Shown here one piece after another: positions 1 through 10,677 of a DNA stretch of 64,000 bases. The stretch covers positions 20,088,001 to 20,152,000 of the forward strand of contig NC_134474.1 in assembly GCF_964194025.1 (NCBI RefSeq). The letters run 5' to 3'. The position numbers and the translations under genes were made by a program. The DNA is from Convolutriloba macropyga. Its lineage: Eukaryota. Positions within the stretch are counted from its first letter, which is position 1; each line of letters opens with the position of its first letter. The notes beneath the pieces are model-generated. The model was not told the DNA's origin and did no database searches. It was given only the letters and a program-made list of their open reading frames with translations.

Positions 1-2289
1 TTGTCGACCTTCAACAAAAGCTGGATAACCTTTTTGACAATGCTAAAGAGGCAACAAAGGAAGCATTGGGCAAATTGAGCGTCCGATGTGAGGCGCTACG
101 TGATATTTTAAAGGCAGCAGCAGCAAGCAGAAATGCTGAAGAGGAGCAGTCCGTCGGTTTATTGAATTAATAATGAGCCAAAATAAAAGTCAATGCTGCA
201 AAAAAGGAAGAAACCACCGCGAAAAATGCAAAAGGCGAATAAGCAAATGGAGTAATCGACCTGCTATGTTTAATGATATTTTGTAAAAAGTAAAAAATTA
301 AGCTTCAGAAAATTAGATCAAGAAACACTACCACATACTGAGCCGGTTAACACACCTTGATACTGGCGGAGACAAAGAATTCATCAGGACCCTAAACTGG
401 GCATCACAAAATTTGGCAAATGATGCGGCGTGAGAAGCGTACAACATGTTTGGGCTTGACGAAGCAGAGAAAGTTATGATCGATGAAACTAGATTTTTAA
501 TCTTTTCATATGAAAGTACAAACTCTTCGTTTAGTAAGACGCTCAAATAACAGAATTGAAATAAACTATTGGGTGATTTTGGATTGCTTAATATTTTACA
601 TTCTATCTCTGAATGCCACACGTTTATAACAAGACATATATTAAAAACCTTGGGTTTCACGATCAGAAAATCAGTTTAGGATTAAATTATTACCCGATTT
701 ATGGCTGACACAGGCTTGAGAAGTAATATAAAAAGGAGTCCAAAACCAAAAGCAGTGTAGTCTTGAGATCAAACTAAAGAATCGAAATTTTTCGAGTGCT
801 AGAACAAAACAAAAAAATGAAAAAAATTTGTCTTGAGCTTAAGATAAAAAAAAATAATGAGATCAGGACTGCAAATAATGAAAAACTTAATAATCAACAA
901 TTGTTTATTTTTCAATATAGTAAGCAACGAGGTCCCAAGGTTTTGTGAATATGTGTACTATATTCCAGAAATGTAGAAAATTATTTCCGAGATTTTCCCG
1001 GAGTGTACCCATTGGAATCTTGTCTTTCGCGGTCTCGGAAGTTGTCTACGCTAGAACTTCTGTTGGCCTCTAATAATCGGTCCCGAGCTGTTCAGGCTGA
1101 AGTTGAACTGCGAAGCCAGTGCACGCAATTAAAAAAGTCGAAGAAAAAAAAGCCCTTTACTTCAAAAACACATCGTCGACCTTCAACAAAAGCTGGATAA
1201 CCTTTTGACAAGGCTAAAGAGGCAACAAAGGAAGCATTGGGCAAGTTGAGCGTCCGATGTGAGGCGCTAGGTGATATTTTAAAGGCAGCAGCAGATAGAA
1301 ATGATAAAGAGGAGCAATCCGTTGGTTTATTGAATTAATAAGGAGCCAAAAAAAGTCAATGCTGCAAAAATGCAAAAGGCGATTGAGCAATTGGAGTAAG
1401 AGCTCCAGCAATGGGATATCTACAACCATTGCTTTGCCAACAAAAGCCGACGAAACGATACTGTCATTGATCGACATAAAAATTCTCCTATAAACTAGAA
1501 AGACAAATAGACAAAGCCACTGAGAAATTTCTGTTCGAGATTCAAAACAAAAACAAAAAGAATCGGCCTAGTATGTTACATCAGATTTTGTAAAAAGTAA
1601 AAAATAATGATTCAAAAAATTAGATCAAGAAACACTACCACAAACTGAGCCTGTTAACACACCCTGATGCCGGTGGAGACGAAGAATTCATTAGGACACT
1701 AAACCGGGCACGACAAAAATTGTCAAATGATGCGGCGTGAGAAGCGTACAACATGTTTGGGCTTGACGAAGCAGAGAAAGTTATGATCGATGAAACTAGA
1801 ATTTGAAACTTTTCATATGAAAGTACAAACTCTTCGTTTAGTAAGACGCTCAAATAACAGACTTGAGAGAATCTATTGAGTGATTTGGATTGCTTAAAAT
1901 TTTACTCTTTACCTGTGAGTGCCACACGCATATATCAAGAGATATGAAGAGATGAAAAGTGATATTTAATTTCTTCCTATGAAAGTAAAAATTTTTCGTT
2001 TAGTAAGACATTCAAAGAACAGATTTGATTAAAAATAGTGTTTGAATATCAAGAGGATGGTACGATCTTTTATTCTTGAGAGGTCGCAGTGTGAGTGCCA
2101 CATGTATATAAAAAAGGTGCTAAAAGCCTTGGTTTTCAAAGTCAACGATTTAATTTGAAATTTGATTTATTACCTGATTTATTGGTGACACAAGTTTGAT
2201 CAGATGTGAAGAAAACAAAATAGACATAGGATAACAGAATGCTCAGGTTTCGAGCAATATCAACGAAAAAGACATATATTTGTTGACTT

Positions 2290-4565
2290 AGTTAATTTAT
2301 CACTGTGATAGAACCAATATGGGACACAGAACAAAGCGATGATTAATTTTTTTCAGTAAACACCAAACCTACCATCAGAGCTAATCACTCTTTTGAACCT
2401 TCATTAATTTAAATAAAGTCACTAGCTGCGAATACTGAATTGAGATTTTAAGACAATGTATTAACAATGATAGAATTCCGGAGTTTCTGAGTTTTTGCGC
2501 CCCTAAGAATGAAGTTTTTTTTTTACAAGATATGCACAGTTTTCAATTGAAACTCCTGCAAGAAGAAAAAATCCGTGCGGAGAAAGGCCGTAAAGTGTTC
2601 AAGGACAAACTTGAAAGAGATAGGAGTACTTTTAGGGAGAAGGTAAGACCAAATATATGCCATCCCTTGTTCGCAGCCTTAGGCATGAAAAGAGGAATCA
2701 CTCCGCAATGGTTCGAAAAAGTCTTTTTGGAAAACTTGATAAACTGTCAGACGGTTAGGATAGATCAATGCGGAATGGCTCCCATAGTAAAATTGTGATA
2801 ATGGATAGCGGTGTACTACAAACAAGTTTGTACTTGTTATTCGATCGTTGGGACACAAACACCCTGTGAGAGACAAGTTTTATGAGGTGCAATTCATCGC
2901 AAAAGTAGACAATATTGTACGTGAATTATGCGAGAAAAAAACTGAGGGTGAGAAGCTTTGCGAAATTTAGGCGTCCGCAAAATGTTATTCAAAAACTATA
3001 CCGCAAACCGCAATGTATATAGGTCGAAAAAGTGCATGATTACCCCAAAGCCAAGGATTTGCTGGCGGTACCATTTGACAAAGTGTGCAGTTTCTGCGTG
3101 ATGAAGAAGTCAAAGTACTGAGAAGAACCTGATGATGTGCTGAACTCGGATCAGTTTCAAAAAAACCAATGGAGCAAAAAATGAAATATTGATTAAAAAT
3201 GAAAAAGTGATAAATAACAGTCTGCAACAATTAATGAAGCAAGGGAAATTTTTTAAAATATATCAAAGGTTTAGGTCAACAGGTTCAAAACAAGTCAGGT
3301 TTTATAGCCTGGCAAAGGTACAAGAGAAAGATACATCTCTCCAATCTGTTCTTTCGATACCTGATAAGGGTTACGAAAACTTGAATAGATTTCTGGCACC
3401 ATTTTTCCAGTAACTATCGGGATCAAACATTGCAATCAACACGCAAGATGCTAGAAAGGCCTTAGAATTGCTCTATCTTGAAGATAACGAGCATATTGTA
3501 TCTCATAACTTAAAAAAATTTAACACCAACATGCCGTTTGGGGAGGCTACAGAAATTGCACTAAGAGAACTCTTTTCAAGCCATTTAGCTCCATATCCCA
3601 AGGTTTGCAATGAAAAGTTTGTTAAAACTTGCGGTGGCAAATGTTCATTTTATATATAACGGGATCTGGTAGGCACAATCAGATGGTCTGGCTCCAGGTG
3701 CATCAATAGCTGTAAAACTAGAAAACGTGTGGCTGGAATTGTTTGAAGCATCACTGCAAAAACCAGAGCTTAGTGAAAATATCTCTAGATCCGATCAAAA
3801 CGGGAAGTGCAAAAACTGCAACCGGAGAGTGAGTTTTTGGGGACGAAGATTAGAATATGAGTCATGCAAGAACTGGTTTCATGAAAAGTGCCAAAAGATA
3901 ACAAATGAGGATTACGCCAACTTGCAGGATGTTGTTTGGCTTGGCATTTATTGCAGCAATCAACAGACAGGGGGCGATTTCAGAATACAAAATAGTTCAA
4001 AAGGTATGTGGATAATTTTATCTGCACTGCTCATGGCAACCCGGACAAGTACTTAAAATTTGCAAATTCCTTGCACAACAAACTGCAATTTTCCTTAGAA
4101 AAAGTTTACATGGAAGGGGTTTTGGCTTTTCTTGACATTAACAAAAATGTGAGCACTGAAAGTAATTTCACCTGTCATTGGTATCAAAAATCAACTGTCA
4201 CTGGAATAATACTGAATTTTTGTAGCTATTCGCCGCTTCAGCATAAGAAAAATGTGATTCAAGGGAAGGTTCACAAGGTTTTTAATGCAAGATCTAATTG
4301 TTTGGTCTTCGAGCAGGCTCTTGAAAAGAACAAAACTTGCTAGACCAAAAATCAGTATCCAGAGGAACAGCCTGCAGAAATAGTGAACCAGACTTTAGAA
4401 AAGATAATAAGTGGCGGTAAAGATCGAAAGAAAACAACCCTAAAAAATCAAAAAAAGCAAGACTAAATTTTAGGATAAACCAAATTTTTTCTACAATACA
4501 GAGGCAACCTTGTTCAAAACTTTGCAAGAAAATTGAAGAATCTATGCGACTTGCAAGTAGTTTTT
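2290..4565 (+). mobile_element. Penelope-like retroelement, copy 1 (decayed RT with PHD insert; 3'-truncated by the duplication junction)
   Basis: Frameshifted pieces reconstruct a PLE ORF: N-terminal LRQC..IPEFL, AVPFDK, RFYSLAKV (RxYGLxKxHK), IVSHNLKKFNTNMP (SxDVxSLYTNVP), QSDGLAPGAS (motif B'), KRYVDN (YVDD), LQFSLEK, LAFLDI, WYQKSTVTG (YRKPT). Confidence 0.88.
3808..3954 (+). other. PHD finger-coding segment inside the PLE reverse transcriptase (copy 1)
   Basis: CKNC...LEYESC KNWFHEKC...VWLGIYC follows C4HC3 spacing with the WFH and Wx(C)xxC hallmarks. Two ligands are lost by single-base changes (TGT>TAT, TGC>GGC). Confidence 0.8.
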
Positions 4566-7500
4566 GGTGACCGGACAATAGATCGAAGAAAACAAGCCCT
4601 TTACTTCAAAAAGACCTTGTCGACCTTCAACAAAAGCTGGATAATCTTTTTGACAATGCTAAAGAGGCAACAAAGGAAGCATTGGGCAAATTGAGCGTCC
4701 GATGTGAGGCGCTACGTGATATTTTAAAGGCAGCAGCAGCAAGCAGAAATGCTGAAGAGGAGCAGTCCGTCGGTTTATTGAATTAATAATGAGCCAAAAT
4801 AAAAGTCAATGCTGCAAAAAAGGAAGAAACCACCGCGAAAAATGCAAAAGGCGAATAAGCAAATGGAGTAATCGACCTGCTATGTTTAATGATATTTTGT
4901 AAAAAGTAAAAAATTAAGCTTCAGAAAATTAGATCAAGAAACACTACCACATACTGAGCCGGTTAACACACCTTGATACTGGCGGAGACAAAGAATTCAT
5001 CAGGACCCTAAACTGGGCATCACAAAATTTGGCAAATGATGCGGCGTGAGAAGCGTACAACATGTTTGGGCTTGACGAAGCAGAGAAAGTTATGATCGAT
5101 GAAACTAGATTTTTAATCTTTTCATATGAAAGTACAAACTCTTCGTTTAGTAAGACGCTCAAATAACAGAATTGAAATAAACTATTGGGTGATTTTGGAT
5201 TGCTTAATATTTTACATTCTATCTCTGAATGCCACACGTTTATAACAAGACATATATTAAAAACCTTGGGTTTCACGATCAGAAAATCAGTTTAGGATTA
5301 AATTATTACCCGATTTATGGCTGACACAGGCTTGAGAAGTAATATAAAAAGGAGTCCAAAACCAAAAGCAGTGTAGTCTTGAGATCAAACTAAAGAATCG
5401 AAATTTTTCGAGTGCTAGAACAAAACAAAAAAATGAAAAAAATTTGTCTTGAGCTTAAGATCAAAAAAAATAATGAGATCAGGACTGCAAATAATGAAAA
5501 ACTTAATAATTAACAATTGTTTATTTTTCAATATAGTAAGCAACGAGGTCCCAAGGTTTTGTGAATATGTGTACTATATTCCAGAAATGTAGAAAATTAT
5601 TTCCGAGATTTTCCCGGAGTGTACCCATTGGAATCTTGTCTTTCGCGGTCTCGGAAGTTGTCTACGCTAGAACTTCTGTTGGCCTCTAATAATCGGTCCC
5701 GAGCTGTTCAACCTGAAGTTGAACTTCGAAGCCAGTGCACGCAATTAAAAAAGTCGAAGAAAAAAAAGCCCTTTTTTTCAAAAAGACCTCGTCGACCTTC
5801 AACAAAAGCTGGATAACTTTTTGACAAGGCTAAAGAGGCAACAAAGGAAGCATTGGGCAAGTTGAGCGTCCGATGTGAGGCGCTAGGTGATATTTTAAAG
5901 GCAGCAGCAGATAAAAATGATAAAGAGGAGCAATCCGTTGGTTTATTGAATTAATAAGGAGCCAAAAAAGTCAATGCTGCAAAAATGCAAAAGGCGAATG
6001 AGCAATTGGAGTAAGAGCTCCAGCAATGGGAAATCTACAACCATTGCTTTGCCAACAAAAGCCGACGAAACGATACTGTCATTGATCGACATAAAAATTC
6101 TCCTATAAACTAGAAAGACAAATAAACAAAGCCACTGAGAAATTTCTGTTCGAGATTCAAAACAAAAACAAAAAGAATCGGCCTAGTATGTTACATCAGA
6201 TTTTGTAAAAAGTAAAAAATAATGATTCAGAAAATTAGATCAAGAAACACTACCACAAACTGAGCCTGTTAACACACCCTGATGCCGGTGGAGACGAAGA
6301 ATTCATTAGGACACTAAACCGGGCACGACAAAAATTGTCAAATGATGCGGCGTGAGAAGCGTACAACATGTTTGGGCTTGACGAAGCAGAGAAAGTTATG
6401 ATCGATGAAACTAGAATTTTAAACTTTTCATATGAAAGTACAAACTCTTCGTTTAGTAAGACGCTCAAATAACAGACTTGAGAGAATCTATTGAGTGATT
6501 TGGATTGCTTAAAATTTTACTCTTTACCTGTGAGTGCCACACGCATATATCAAGAGATATGAAGAGATGAAAAGTCATATTTAATTTCTTCCTATGAAAG
6601 TACAAATTTTTCGTTTAGTAAGACATTCAAAGAACAGATTTGATTAAAAATAGTGTTTGAATATCAAGAGGATGGTACGATCTTTTATTCTTGAGAGGTC
6701 GCAGTGTGAGTGCCACATGTATATAAAAAAGGTGCTAAAAGCCTTGGTTTTCAAAGTCAACGATTTAATTTGAAATTTGATTTATTACCTGATTTATTGG
6801 TGACACAAGTTTGATCAGATGTGAAGAAAACAAAATAGACATAGGATAACAGAATGCTCAGGTTTCGAGCAATATCAACGAAAAAGACACATATTTGTTG
6901 ACTTAGTTAATTTATCACTGTGATAGAACCAATATGGGACACTGAACAAAGCGATGATTAATTTTTTTCAGTGAACACCAAACCTACCATCAGAGCTAAT
7001 CACTCTTTTGAACCTTCATTAATTTAAATAAAGTCACTAGCTGCGAATACTGAATTGAGATTTTAAGACAATGTATTAACAATGATAGAATTCCGGAGTT
7101 TCTGAGTTTTTGCGCCTCTAAGAATGAAGTTTTTTTTTACAAGATATGCACAGTTTTCAATTGAAACTCCTGCAAGAAGAAAAAATCCGTGCGGAGAAAG
7201 GCCGTAAAGTGTTCAAGGACAAACTTGAAAGAGATAGGAGTACTTTTAGGGAGAAGGTAAGACCAAATATATGCCATCCCTTGTTCGCAGCCTTAGGCAT
7301 GAAATGAGGAATCACTCCGCAATGGTTCGAAAAAGACTTTTTGGAAAACTTGATAAACTGTCAGACGGTTAGGATAGATCAATGCGGAATGGCTCCCATA
7401 GTAAAATTGTGATAATGGATAGCGGTGTACTACAAACAAGTTTGTACTTGTTATTCGATCGTTGGGACATAAACACCCTGTGAGAGACAAGTTTTATGAG

Positions 7501-8421
7501 GTGCAATTCATCGCAAAAGTAGACAATATTGTACGTGAATTATGCGAGAAAAAAACTGAGAGTGAGAAGCTTTGCGAAATTTAGGCGTCCGCAAAAAGTT
7601 ATTCAAAAACTATACCGCAAACCCCAATGTATATAGGTCGAAAAAGTGCATGATTACCCCAAAGCCAAGGATTTGCTGGCGGTACCATTTGACAAAGTGT
7701 GCAGTTTCTGCGTGATGAAGAAGTCAAAGTACTGAGAAGAACCTGATGATGTGCTGAACTCGGATCAGTTTCAAAAAAACCAATGGAGCAAAAAATGAAA
7801 TATTGATTAAAAATGAAAAAGTGATAAATAACAGTCTGCAACAATTAATGAAGCAAGGGAAATTTTTTAAAATATATCAAAGGTTTAGGTCAACAGGTTC
7901 AAAACCAGTCAGGTTTTATAGCCTGGCAAAAGTACAAGAGAAAGATACATCTCTCCAATCTGTTCTTTCGATACCTGATAAGGGTTACGAAAACTTGAAT
8001 AGATTTCTGGCACCATTTTTCCAGTAACTATTGGGATCAAACATTGCAATCAACACGCAAGATGCTAGAAAGGCCTTAGAGTTGCTCTATCTTGAAGATA
8101 ACGAGCATATTGTATCTAATAATTTAAAAAAATTTAACACCAACATGCCGTTTGGGGAGGCTACAGAAATTGCTCTAAGAGAACTCTTTTCAAGCCATTT
8201 AGCTCCATATCCCAAGGTTTGCAATGATAAGTTTGTTAAAACTTGCGGTGGCAAATGTTCATTTTATATATAGCGGGATCTGGTAGGCACAATCAGATGG
8301 TCTGGCTCCAGGTGCATCAATAGCTGTAAAACTAGAAAACGTGTGGCTGGAATTGTTTGAAGCATCACTGCAAAAACCAGAGCTTAGTGAAAATATCTCT
8401 AGATCCGATCAAAACGGGAAG

Positions 8422-8568
8422 TGCAAATACTGCAACCGGAGAGTGAGTTTTTGGGGACGAAGATTAGAATATGAGTCATGCAAGAACTGGTTTCATGAAA
8501 AGTGCCAAAAGATAACAAATGAGGATTACGCCAACTTGCAGGATGTTGTTTGGCTTGGCATTTATTGC
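8422..8568 (+). other. PHD finger-coding segment inside the PLE reverse transcriptase (copy 2)
   Basis: CKYC...ESCKNWFHEKC...WLGIYC is in the same reading frame as motif B' (8290) and KRYVDN (8620), separated from the latter by one TAG only. Confidence 0.8.
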
Positions 8569-9180
8569 AGCAATCAACAGACAGGGGGGCGATTTCAGAA
8601 TACGAAATAGTTCAAAAGGTATGTGGATAATTTTATCTGCACTGCTCATGGCAACCCGGACAAGTACTTAAAATTTGCAAATTCCTTGCACAACAAACTG
8701 CAATTTTCCTTAGAAAAAGTTTACATGGAAGGGGTTTTGGCTTTTCTTGACATTAACAAAAATGTGAGCACTGAAAGTCATTTCACCTGTCATTGGTATC
8801 AAAAATCAACTGTCACTGGAATAATACTGAATTTTTGTAGCTACTCGCCGCTTCAGCATAAGAAAAATGTGATTCAAGGGAAGGTTCACAAGGTTTTTAA
8901 TGCAAGATCTAATTGTTTGGTCTTCGAGCAGGCTCTTGAAAAGAACAAAACTTGCTAGACCAAAAATCAGTATCCAGAGGAACAGCCTTCAGAAATAGTG
9001 AACCAGACTTTAGAAAAGATAATAAGTGGCGGTAAAGATCAAAAGAAAACAACCCTAAAAAATCAAAAAAAGCAAGACTAAATTTTAGGATAAACCAAAT
9101 TTTTTCTACAATACAGAGGCTACCCTGTTCAAAACTTTGCAAGAAAATTGAAGAATCTATGCGACTTGCAAGTAGTTTTT

Positions 9181-9517
9181 GGTGACCGGACAATAGATCG
9201 AAAGGAAAACAGATCGAAAACAGAAAATTTGGGACAATAGATCGAAAATTAATCTCTGTTCTTATTGGTTGAAATTAGCATTATTTGCAAGCTGCAATAT
9301 GATTACCACATTTTGGCCATGCCTTAGCGGCCCGCGGGACTTGATATGAATCTATCACAACCGAACAAAATATCACAACAGAACATTTTATATGCTGTAT
9401 AATAAATGAGCGCTCAAATCTGATTGGCCAATACTCAACTTGAAAAATTTAATTTTCGATCTATTGTCCCAATTTTCGCTTTCGATCTGTTGTCTTTCGA
9501 TCTATTGTCCTAGCACC
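9181..9517. mobile_element. MITE with ~70-bp TIRs and a 9-bp TSD (Mutator-like)
   Basis: Left end GGTGACCGGACAATAGATCGAAAG... matches the reverse complement of the right end ...CTTTCGATCTATTGTCCTAGCACC. It is flanked by a perfect direct repeat GTAGTTTTT (9172-9180 and 9518-9526). A 9-bp TSD with G-starting TIRs is typical of MULEs. Confidence 0.88.
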
Positions 9518-10204
9518 GTAGTTTTTATAACGCAAAAATTAAGATAATGCCTTCTCACCCTGAAATCATCTTGCGATAGAGATCTGAAATCCCACGTGGT
9601 GTATGAGATAAAAAGTAAAGAATGCGGATCCATCTATTTAGAACAAGAATATGAGAACATTAAAAGAAGGGTTCAAAGGTGGTTCATCATCTGTTAGAGT
9701 GTTGTGGCGCCACGATTGACAATGAATGGAAAATTCTGGATGCCTGTCGGACAGTAGAGGAGCTAATGACTATCAAAGCTTTATACATCGACAAGCTGTA
9801 GCCGGCACTAATCACACGCGATGAGTATAGAGGCGGGAACTCACGCTAAAATATTAGTTCAAATCAGAAATTTGACTTGAGAAAGATACAAAAGGTCAAA
9901 AAACATTTTGTGCATGACAAAACAAATTTTTGCAAAACCTCCACAAGAGGGAAACTTAGGGGTTGGACAAATTCGGATTTACCCTAGAAGTACAAAAACA
10001 GGGCTAAAATCGAAAAATCCGGAATAGGAATATTTTAAGGAAATTAATAACAGATGTAAATATGAGTTTTAAATAGGCTAATTTTTGTAGGAAGGAAAAA
10101 TTTTCGATTGAATTTCTTAAAATAGTTCCTGGATTTATTTAAATTGTGGTCTCAGCCAAAGGTAAATGCATATTCATTTTATCCTTTAACAATTTGTGAA
10201 ACAG

Positions 10205-10250
10205 TTTTAACCTGACGATGAACGTAAAGTTCGAAAACGTTTGTTTTAAA
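10205..10250 (+). ncRNA. Minimal type I hammerhead ribozyme (PLE-associated)
   Basis: Core CTGACGA (10212-18), T, stem II GAAC-GTAAA-GTTC, GAA, palindromic stem III AACGTT, T17, then GTT pairing with upstream AAC. It sits in the 3' non-coding end of a PLE, where such minimal hammerheads are known to occur. Confidence 0.72.
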
Positions 10251-10677
10251 TATCAGAAGTAATTTTAATTTGACAAATTGGTTTCCTTTACATTATTAGT
10301 TTAACTTCTAACTTTGTATTTTAAACAAGTACAACGCTCAATTAATTGAAGATATATCATATTGCGCGCGGGCGGCTGCTAAATACTGAAACCACTTGCA
10401 CGAAAACGCGCCAGATTTTAAGCTGTATTTAATTGATAGTTTTTCTTCAATGTATTTGCAGGGAACTTTTTCGGTTTTTTTTTTACAATTGCAGATTTAG
10501 TAGTAGTTAGACTTTAAGGTAATATATTGCAAGTCCTCTTTTCACGTGGAGTTTTCGCCAATTATTGTAGTGGCGCTTCAAGATATTACTTTTTGGAGAA
10601 ACCTAATGGTACCAATACTTGAGTTTCATATTGGTCAAATGATCTTCAGGGCAAATGGTAGCGCAGCTGAGATAACT

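Larger units (their letters stand above)
1..9200. repeat. Head-to-tail tandem duplication, ~4.6 kb unit (copy 1 runs from before position 1 to ~4587; copy 2 ~4583-9202)
   Basis: Position 1 (ttgtcgaccttcaac) recurs at 4617, offset 4616. ORF-track peptides are duplicated almost identically (328 vs 4944, 3189 vs 7803, 4008 vs 8623), with only scattered SNPs and 1-bp indels. Confidence 0.97.
6903..10301 (+). mobile_element. Penelope-like retroelement, copy 2 (decayed RT with PHD insert, GIY-YIG endonuclease and 3' hammerhead region)
   Basis: Same RT motifs as copy 1 (7803-8958). After the MITE the ORF resumes with KSHVVYEIKSKECGSIYLEQ...EH...HHLLECC...WKILD...KALYIDKL.PAL (~9580-9857), the GIY-YIG domain typical of PLEs. 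A hammerhead motif follows at 10205-10250. Ends are approximate. Confidence 0.9.

Noticed and set aside
328-660. 110-aa minus-strand ORF and its copies at 1635, 4944 and 6250
   Set aside because: Repeated only because of the duplications; the + strand looks more protein-like and no domain is recognisable.
6903-10301. TTAGTT at both apparent PLE ends as a TSD or pLTR overlap
   Set aside because: Six AT-rich bases are too short to be significant; used only to approximate the boundaries.
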